Origin: an uncultured Spirochaetaceae bacterium | GTDB lineage: Bacteria; Spirochaetota; Spirochaetia; DSM-27196; SLST01 | DNA: 64,000 bases | Assembly: GCA_964537725.1 (NCBI GenBank) | Contig: CAZICD010000010.1 | Coordinates: forward strand, 497-64,496 | Reading direction: 5' to 3' | Part shown: positions 57,637 through 64,000 of the stretch, piece by piece | How positions within the stretch are numbered: the first letter of the stretch is position 1 | How the letters are laid out: every line of letters starts with the position of its first letter | Position numbers and translations under genes: made by a program | The notes under the pieces: generated by a model | Databases searched by the model: none | Told to the model about the DNA's origin: nothing | Seen by the model: the letters and a program-made list of their open reading frames with translations, nothing else

Positions 57637-57675
57637 GGGCGACCTCCGCGCGCCGGAAACCGCTCCGCCGCTCCC

Positions 57676-59106
57676 TTACAGGATGTAGCGGCTCAGATCC
57701 TGGTCCTCCACGACCTCGCCGAGCCGCTCCTGCACGTACTCCGGCGTAATGGGTATCGACTGTCCGGCGAGCTCGGTCGCCGTGAAGCTCACCTCCTCGA
57801 GCAGCAGCTCGAGGATGGTGTGCAGGCGACGCGCGCCGATGTTCTCGGTCTTCGTATTGACCTCTGCGGCGATGCGGCTGAGCTCGACGAGCGCGTCGTC
57901 CTTGAAGTCGAGCGTCACGCCCTCGGTAGCCAGCAGCTCGGTGTACTGACGGATCAGCGCGTTCTGCGGCTGCGTGAGGATCTGCCTGAAGTCGTCGGCG
58001 TCGAGCGCCTCGAGCTCGACACGCAGCGGGAACCGCCCCTGCAGCTCCGGGATGAGATCGCTCGGCTTGCTCATGTGGAAGGCGCCGGCCGCGATGAAGA
58101 GGATGTGCGAGGTATCGACCATCCCGTACTTCGTGTTCACACGGCTGCCCTCGACGATGGGCAGGATGTCGCGCTGCACGCCCTCGCGGCTCACGTCCAC
58201 CCCGCCGCGTTGCTCCTTCGCCGCGATCTTGTCGATCTCGTCGATGAAGATGATCCCCGACTGCTCGGCGCGCTCACGCGCGAGCTCGCTCACGCGGTCC
58301 TGATCGACGAGCTTCTCCATTTCCTCCTGCATGATGATCTCGCGGGCGTTGTGCACGGTGGTCCGCTTGCGCTTCTTGCGTCCGCCGAGCAGGTTGCCGA
58401 GGTTGCCCAGATTGAGGTCCATCTCCTCGAAGCTGCTGCCGGAGAAGATCTCGATCGCCGGCGACTGGCTGCCGCTGACCTGGACCTCGACTTCCTTCTC
58501 TTCGAGCTTGCCGTCGCGAAGCCTCTGCCGAAACTTCTCGCGCGTCGAAGACGCGGCGCTCTGCACGCCGCCGGCCGCGCTGTCGCCTGCCGCCGCGGGC
58601 GCGGGTGTCGCGGGGGTCGCACCGGCCGCGCCTGAGGACGCGCCGTCGCCGGGTGAGCTCTGTCCCTGCTGACCCGATACACCTGGCAGCAGGAGGTCGA
58701 GAAGCTGCTCCTCGGTGCGCTTCTCCGCCTCTTCGCGCACGCCCTCCTGCAGCTCTTCCTTGACCATCGCGACGGCGACCGAAACGAGGTCGCGGACCAT
58801 GCTCTCCACGTCGCGGCCCACGTAGCCGACCTCGGTGTACTTCGTCGCCTCGACCTTCACGAAGGGCGCGCCGGTGAGCTTGCTGAGCCGCCGGGCGATC
58901 TCGGTCTTCCCGACGCCGGTGGGTCCGATCATGATGATGTTCTTCGGGGCGACCTCGTCGCGAAGCTCGTCGGGCAGGCGCTGGCGTCGCACCCGGTTTC
59001 GCAGCGCAATCGCCACGGCCTTCTTGGCGCGCTCCTGTCCGATGATGTACCGGTCGAGCTCAGCCACGATCTCTTTGGGTGTCAGTTCGCTCAGGTCGCG
59101 TTTCAT
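57676..59106 (-). CDS. hslU: ATP-dependent protease ATPase subunit HslU
   Basis: 476 aa from [28 protein letters not shown]. Walker [26 protein letters not shown]-terminus DLSRYIL. Confidence 0.95.
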   Translation of the reverse strand: MKRDLSELTPKEIVAELDRYIIGQERAKKAVAIALRNRVRRQRLPDELRDEVAPKNIIMIGPTGVGKTEIARRLSKLTGAPFVKVEATKYTEVGYVGRDVESMVRDLVSVAVAMVKEELQEGVREEAEKRTEEQLLDLLLPGVSGQQGQSSPGDGASSGAAGATPATPAPAAAGDSAAGGVQSAASSTREKFRQRLRDGKLEEKEVEVQVSGSQSPAIEIFSGSSFEEMDLNLGNLGNLLGGRKKRKRTTVHNAREIIMQEEMEKLVDQDRVSELARERAEQSGIIFIDEIDKIAAKEQRGGVDVSREGVQRDILPIVEGSRVNTKYGMVDTSHILFIAAGAFHMSKPSDLIPELQGRFPLRVELEALDADDFRQILTQPQNALIRQYTELLATEGVTLDFKDDALVELSRIAAEVNTKTENIGARRLHTILELLLEEVSFTATELAGQSIPITPEYVQERLGEVVEDQDLSRYIL

Positions 59107-59654
59107 GAGGCCGCCTCCGTCGTGAGCTCCTCGAGGGTGAGCGCTCCATTGGTGTAGATACAGATGTTCCCCGCGATCGCCAGGCTCCGCTCGGCGATCT
59201 CGCGGGCCGCCAGGCTCGACTCGTCGAGGTAGGCGAGCGCCGCGGCGAGCGCGTAGTTGCCGCCGCTGCCGATCGCGATCGCCCCCTTGTCGGGCTCCAC
59301 GACGTCGCCGGTGCCCGAGATGAGAAAGGTCTTCTCGAGGTCGGCGACCAGCAGCAAGGCCTCCAGCCGGCGAAGCATCCGGTCGGTTCGCCACTCCTTG
59401 GCGAGCTCGACGGCGCCCCGCATCAGGTCGCCGGAGTACTCGTTGAGTTTGCCTTCGAAGCGCTCGAAGAGCGTGAACGCGTCGGCCGTCGCTCCGGCGA
59501 AACCGACGAGGATGCGGTCGCCGTAGAGCCGACGGACCTTACGTGCGTTCGCCTTCATGACCGTCTGGCCCATCGTGACCTGTCCGTCGCCGGCCATCGC
59601 GACGTTCCCGTCCTTTCGGACGCAGAGAATGGTGGTACCGTGCATCGTACTCAT
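59103..59654 (-). CDS. hslV: ATP-dependent protease subunit HslV
   Basis: 183 aa. [27 protein letters not shown] (CodW-like N-terminus). [10 protein letters not shown] and GSGGNYA motifs. ATGA overlaps on both sides. Confidence 0.9.
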   Translation of the reverse strand: MSTMHGTTILCVRKDGNVAMAGDGQVTMGQTVMKANARKVRRLYGDRILVGFAGATADAFTLFERFEGKLNEYSGDLMRGAVELAKEWRTDRMLRRLEALLLVADLEKTFLISGTGDVVEPDKGAIAIGSGGNYALAAALAYLDESSLAAREIAERSLAIAGNICIYTNGALTLEELTTEAAS

Positions 59655-60634
59655 TCCGTAACTCCCTTCGCTGTACCACCGCCCGAGCGTCCCGCGTGCG
59701 GGTGCGCCTGCTGGTAAATTCGTTTCAGCGCCCCCAGCCCGAGGTGCGTATACACCTGCGTCGTCGACAGCGAGCTGTGACCGAGAAGCTCCTGAACGAC
59801 ACGGATGTCCGCGCCATGATCGAGGATATGCGTCGCGAAGCTGTGCCGGAACGTGTGCGGACTCACCTTCTTGGCAATCCCCTTCTCCACGACGCGCTTC
59901 TGGATGATCCCGGCGACTCCGCGCTGCGTGATCCGCCCTCCGTTGGCGTTGATCACGAGCGCCTTCTCGTCGCCACGGCCGAGCCGCGCCACGCGGGACG
60001 ACCGGTACGGCAGGTAGTCGGACAGCACCTTCTTCGCGGTGCCTCCGAGAAACACGATCCGGTCCTTGCGGCCCTTTCCGTGTACGATGATCCTGCCCCG
60101 CTTGAAGTCGATCTCGTCCAGGTTGATCGTGACGAGCTCGCTGATTCGGCAGCCGGTGGAGTACAGCAATTCCAAGATAAGTCGATCGCGCAGCGTGGTG
60201 AAGTCGTCGCCTTCGAGCTCGAGCAATCGACCCATCTCCTCCTCGAAGAGGAAGCCCGGCAGGTGTCGCTGACGTTTGAGCCCCCGCACACCCTCCAACG
60301 GTGAGGCAGACGCGCGTCCGGTGAGGACGAGGAAGCGAAAGTAGCCCTTCAGCGACGAGAGCGCCCGGTTCACCGTGCTCACCGCCGCGTTCTGGCGCGA
60401 CAGGTGCGCCACGTAGCGCCGCACGAGCGCGGCGTCGACCTCGGACTCGTCGAGCGTGTTCGACACGAGCCACTCGTCAAAGGCGGTGAGGTCGCCGCGG
60501 TAGGCGCGGACGCTCGCCTCGCTGAGATTGCGCACGCTTCGAAGGTAGTCGAGGTACTCCGAGGCAGCGGCGAGGCCCGCGAACGCGGGCCGCTCGCCGG
60601 ATGCGTCGCGTCGGTCGTCCATACGCGCGCTCAT
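59651..60634 (-). CDS. xerC: tyrosine recombinase XerC/CodV
   Basis: [11 protein letters not shown] (catalytic Arg), [12 protein letters not shown] and [15 protein letters not shown] motifs. Sits in front of hslVU, as codV does in Bacillus. Confidence 0.8.
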   Translation of the reverse strand: MSARMDDRRDASGERPAFAGLAAASEYLDYLRSVRNLSEASVRAYRGDLTAFDEWLVSNTLDESEVDAALVRRYVAHLSRQNAAVSTVNRALSSLKGYFRFLVLTGRASASPLEGVRGLKRQRHLPGFLFEEEMGRLLELEGDDFTTLRDRLILELLYSTGCRISELVTINLDEIDFKRGRIIVHGKGRKDRIVFLGGTAKKVLSDYLPYRSSRVARLGRGDEKALVINANGGRITQRGVAGIIQKRVVEKGIAKKVSPHTFRHSFATHILDHGADIRVVQELLGHSSLSTTQVYTHLGLGALKRIYQQAHPHAGRSGGGTAKGVTE

Positions 60635-61665
60635 CCGCCCGCCTCCCCGCCCATGGCGGCTCGCATCTGCGCCACGCGCGCCGCCGCGGCGTCACCGCTC
60701 GACCGCGGCTGCTCCCGGTCGGCTGCCGCAGTACGCTCGCACGCGCCTGTGACGTGGCGCACGCCCCATTCGCCGAGGATGTCCGCCGCGCCGTCGACGA
60801 TGAGCGCCCCGTCGGCGGCGAGCTCCGCGGTGCCTGCGCCTTCGGGCGGCTCGAGCCCGGCACGGTGGACGAAGAGGTCGCGCCCGTGGTCGAGCGCGTA
60901 GTCGGCGGTGATGAGCGCGCCGCTTCGCGCCGGCGCCTGGACGACCACCACACCGCGCGAGAGTCCGCTGATGATGCGGTTTCGCGCCGGGAAGTGATAC
61001 TTCAGCGGCGCGACGCCGGGCGCGTACTCGGTCGCGAGATAGCCGCCGGCGTCGAGGATCGCGGCGGCGACGCCCCGGTGCGAGGACGGTGAGACGATGT
61101 CGATCCCGGACGCGAGGATCGCCCCGGTCACACCGCGCGAGAGCGCCCCGCGGTGGGCGGCCACGTCGATCCCGAGCGCGAGCCCGGAGACGACGGTGAG
61201 CCCGGCGTCGGCCAGCTCGGCAGCGAGCCGCTCGGCGGCGATCACGGCCCCGGCGGTCGGGCGTCGCGTGCCCACGAGGGCGACCGACGGCAGCTCGTCG
61301 GCGGGAAGCTCCCCCCGTACGTAGAGGAGGAACGGCGGGTCGTAGATCTCGCGCAGCGCAGCGGGATAGCGCCGGTCTGCCTGCGAGATCACGCGGATTC
61401 CGCGCGAGCGGAGGAAGGCGAGGTCCTGCTCGGCGAGCCGGAGCAGCTCATCCGGGGTCGGCTGCGCGCGGCCGCGCGAACCCGACTCGTCACGGTCGGC
61501 GCGACGGGTCCCGACCTGCCGCCCCACCATCTGCGACAGCAGCCCCGGGGTGAGCGCGCGGAAGAGCGCCTCGCTGTCCACGAGCTCGTCGACGAGACAC
61601 TTCTCGTTCGGACGCAGCACGTCGAAGCGGTTGATCGCGAGCCGCAGTACCGGTTCGGGGATCAC
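60631..61665 (-). CDS. dprA: DNA-processing protein DprA (Smf)
   Basis: VALVGTRRPT, VVSGLALGIDVAAHRGAL and GALITADYALDHGRDLFV match the DprA Rossmann-like core. Confidence 0.85.
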   Translation of the reverse strand: MIPEPVLRLAINRFDVLRPNEKCLVDELVDSEALFRALTPGLLSQMVGRQVGTRRADRDESGSRGRAQPTPDELLRLAEQDLAFLRSRGIRVISQADRRYPAALREIYDPPFLLYVRGELPADELPSVALVGTRRPTAGAVIAAERLAAELADAGLTVVSGLALGIDVAAHRGALSRGVTGAILASGIDIVSPSSHRGVAAAILDAGGYLATEYAPGVAPLKYHFPARNRIISGLSRGVVVVQAPARSGALITADYALDHGRDLFVHRAGLEPPEGAGTAELAADGALIVDGAADILGEWGVRHVTGACERTAAADREQPRSSGDAAAARVAQMRAAMGGEAGG

Positions 61666-62378
61666 GATTCACCTCCAAGGAGCAGCTGCCGGTTGCGCTC
61701 GGCGCGGCGGCGCATCTCGTCGCCGGGGGCCGTACGGATGATCCGGTCGTACGCGTCTACCGCCTCGTCGACGTTTCCGAGCGCGACGTGCGCGCGCGCG
61801 AGGACGAAGAGCGCCGGCGCGTGGTTCTCGCTGATATCGAGCGCGTGCTCGAGGTGGGGGAGCGCCTTCACCGGCTCGCCGAGCTCGAAGACGTAGAGCA
61901 CCCCCAACCCGTAGCGCGCGTCCAGGTAATTCGGCGATATCTCGACCGCCTCGAGGTAGGAGCGCTCGGCGAGCCGGAGGTACTCGGCACGCACGTCCGG
62001 CCGCGCCTGCGCCTTGCCGACGTACCCGGCGGCGACCGCCGCGAGATAGTGGAGCACGTGGTTGCGCGGCTCGATCCTGATCGCCTCCTCGTAGGCGTCG
62101 AGCGCGGGGCCGTAGAGTTCCTGCCGCATGTACTCCTGACCGAGCAGCTTGAGCGCATCGGCCTCGCGGATCGCCGCCTCGATCGCCTCCGCGACCAGGT
62201 CCTCGTATTCGGCGATCGTGCGTTTCAGCTCCTGCACACGGTCCTCCGACGGCGGCTCCGGCTCGAGGTTGCGCATGCTCTGCAGACGCGCATCGTCGCG
62301 CTCGCACGAACCGAGCATCAGCACGAGACTCATCGCTGTGAGCAGCGCGAACGATACGCCCGCGCGGCGCCGCGTCAT
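61662..62378 (-). CDS. TPR-repeat lipoprotein
   Basis: Lipobox LMLGSC. Repeated 34-aa TPR-like helices (YGPALDAYEEAIRIEP; YLEAVEISPNY; ...). Confidence 0.6.
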   Translation of the reverse strand: MTRRRAGVSFALLTAMSLVLMLGSCERDDARLQSMRNLEPEPPSEDRVQELKRTIAEYEDLVAEAIEAAIREADALKLLGQEYMRQELYGPALDAYEEAIRIEPRNHVLHYLAAVAAGYVGKAQARPDVRAEYLRLAERSYLEAVEISPNYLDARYGLGVLYVFELGEPVKALPHLEHALDISENHAPALFVLARAHVALGNVDEAVDAYDRIIRTAPGDEMRRRAERNRQLLLGGES

Positions 62379-62421
62379 TACTCTCGTCCCCCTCTACGGG
62401 CCGAACGTGCGTCGTGCATCA

Positions 62422-63309
62422 CTACCGTCCCCTCGGATGGAAATCCGCGTGATACGTAGCGAGCTCCTCTCGATCGACGTGGGTGTAGATCTGGGTCGTG
62501 GAGATATCGGCATGGCCGAGCAGCTCCTGCACCGCCCGCAGGTCCGCCCCACCCTCGAGGAGGTGCGTCGCGAACGAGTGGCGAAGCGTGTGAACCTTGG
62601 CGTCGACCCCCGCCTTCACGGCGATCTCGCGGAAACGCTTCCACATGCCCTTTCGCGAGAGTTGCTGCCCCCGGTTGTTCAGGAAGAGCGCGTTCTCCGG
62701 CCGCTTCGCGAGCTTCCCGCGCGCCTCGTCGAGGTACCGGCGAAGCCAGTGCCGCGCGTGCTCGCCCATGGGAACGAGCCGCTCCTTGTCGCCCTTGCCC
62801 CGCACCCGGATCAGTCGCTCGGCGAGGTAGACGCGGTCCAAGGTCAGCTCGACCGCCTCTGAGATCCGCAGTCCGCACGAGTAGATGAGCTCGAAGAGCG
62901 CACGGTCGCGCAGCCCGAGCGGACCGTCGACCTCGATCGCCGCGAGCAGTCGCTCGACCTCCTCCACGTCGAGCACCCCGGGCACGCGGTGCGCCATGCG
63001 CGGCACCTCGACGAGCGTCGCGGGATTGTCCTCGCGCTCGCCCTCGAGAACGAGATAGTGAAAGAGGCTGCGCAGCGCGCTGATCGTCTTCGCGATCGTC
63101 CGCTGGTCGATCCCGTCCTCCTGCTGACGCGCGATGAGGTAGTCGATGATCTGCGTCGTCGCCACGTCCTGAGCGGTCGCCTCGTTCTCTTCGAGCCAGA
63201 CGAGAAAGCCACGGCAGTCGCGCACGTAGGTCGAGACGCTCCCGCGGGAGAGTCGGAGCCCCGCGGTCAGATAGTCTTCGAAGCTGCGGATGAGCTGCTC
63301 AGGCTCCAT
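62422..63309 (-). CDS. xerD: tyrosine recombinase XerD
   Basis: 295 aa from [40 protein letters not shown] is XerD-like. Also [12 protein letters not shown] and [15 protein letters not shown]. Start overlaps the ftsZ stop by 11 nt. Confidence 0.8.
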   Translation of the reverse strand: MEPEQLIRSFEDYLTAGLRLSRGSVSTYVRDCRGFLVWLEENEATAQDVATTQIIDYLIARQQEDGIDQRTIAKTISALRSLFHYLVLEGEREDNPATLVEVPRMAHRVPGVLDVEEVERLLAAIEVDGPLGLRDRALFELIYSCGLRISEAVELTLDRVYLAERLIRVRGKGDKERLVPMGEHARHWLRRYLDEARGKLAKRPENALFLNNRGQQLSRKGMWKRFREIAVKAGVDAKVHTLRHSFATHLLEGGADLRAVQELLGHADISTTQIYTHVDREELATYHADFHPRGR

Positions 63310-64000
63310 GCTCGCCACCGACCTGCTGGTACCGGAGTACCGCCGGTATCCCGAGCTCGTCCATGTCACCGCTCTCCGAGCCGAGCACCTGTTCGCGGCT
63401 GCGGTTGAGCTTGTTCCGCGTCATTTCCGACCACTGGTTGAGCGAGATGTACTCCTCGTTCTGGTCCTCGCTCTTCGCCGCCGGCTTCGTCTCACCGGGG
63501 TCGCGGTTGAACCCGGTCGCGATGACGCTGACCTTGACCTCGTTCTCCATGAGCTCGTCGACGGCGGTACCGGCGATGATGAGCGCATCCTCGTCCGCGT
63601 TCGCGGTGATGATCGTGAGGATCTCCTCGTACTCGGTCAGCGTGAAGTCGAGGCCCCCCGAGACGTTGACGAGAATCCCCTTCGCGCCTTCGATGCTCGC
63701 ATCCTCGAGCAGCGGGTTGTTGATCGCGGCGGTCGCCGCGTCCACGGCGCGGTTGTCGCCGTCGCCGGTCCCGATACCCATCAGCGCGTCGCCCTGACCG
63801 CTCATGATCGTCCGCACGTCGGCGAAGTCTATGTTGATCTCGCCCGGTTTCGTGATCAGATCGCTGATACCCTGCACCGCCTGGCGCAGCACGTCGTCGG
63901 CGACGAGGAACGCCTGCGTAATGGGCGTCTTCTTGTCGACGATCTTCAGCAGGTGCTGGTTGGGGATGATGATGAGCGTGTCCACCGCCTCGCGCAGCTT
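63299..64000 (-). CDS. ftsZ: cell division protein FtsZ (C-terminal part; 5' end outside window)
   Basis: ...[27 protein letters not shown] and GILVNVSGG segments. C-terminal peptide [12 protein letters not shown]. Confidence 0.92.
   Translation of the reverse strand, partial: KLREAVDTLIIIPNQHLLKIVDKKTPITQAFLVADDVLRQAVQGISDLITKPGEINIDFADVRTIMSGQGDALMGIGTGDGDNRAVDAATAAINNPLLEDASIEGAKGILVNVSGGLDFTLTEYEEILTIITANADEDALIIAGTAVDELMENEVKVSVIATGFNRDPGETKPAAKSEDQNEEYISLNQWSEMTRNKLNRSREQVLGSESGDMDELGIPAVLRYQQVGGEHGA

Noticed and set aside
59651-63309. Two tyrosine recombinases as markers of an integrative mobile element
   Set aside because: Both have housekeeping Xer signatures: a codV-like gene in front of hslVU, and an XerD-like [13 protein letters not shown] motif. 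They sit among ftsZ, dprA and hslVU, with no phage, conjugation or att-like repeats visible.

Overview
GC-rich chromosomal window (third codon positions are mostly G/C) that is almost entirely coding. I call 61 CDS. I recognised no rRNA, tRNA, CRISPR array, IS element or prophage. All product calls rest on motifs read from the supplied translations and on gene order; no database search was possible.

Gene content and order are spirochaete-type:
- (i) 348-4753 (-): flgN-like, flgK, flgL, fliW, csrA.
- (ii) 4827-26892: housekeeping block with trxB, a secreted GH3 hydrolase, a GNAT, glgA, an mrfB/mrfA-like nuclease/helicase pair, glgC, a NUDIX hydrolase, nnr, a lipoprotein, secA, an M23/LysM peptidase, a class-B PBP and a DUF115/Maf-like protein.
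- (iii) 27010-64000: one uninterrupted minus-strand array of 39 genes. It runs from ftsZ (cut by the window edge) through xerD, a TPR lipoprotein, dprA, xerC and hslVU. It then covers the full motility operon flgB-flgC-fliE-fliF-fliG-fliH-fliI-fliJ-flbB-fliK-flgD-flgE-flbD-motA-motB-fliL-fliM-fliY-fliO-fliP-fliQ-fliR-flhB-flhA-flhF-flhG. It ends with an acidic membrane ORF, fliA, fapA, two small unknown ORFs and an orphan cheA.

Most interesting observations:
- The hook protein FlgE has no cysteine. It carries Ser at position 178, where spirochaete FlgE normally has the Cys that forms the lysinoalanine cross-link, while Lys165 and Asn179 are kept.
- An uncharacterised, translationally coupled module follows fliA and ends in a lone cheA.
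- A class-B PBP is coupled (TAG then ATG) to a Maf/DUF115 protein.
- Strong tandem stem-loops lie between fliG and fliH and between fliE and fliF.
- Three promoters have a -10 element 6-9 nt from the start codon, suggesting leaderless mRNAs.
- The hook-length ruler gene fliK contains a 12-bp in-frame tandem repeat.

I did not find a clear self-contained novel multi-gene system such as a defence island. The many long antisense ORFs in the track are GC-content artefacts.
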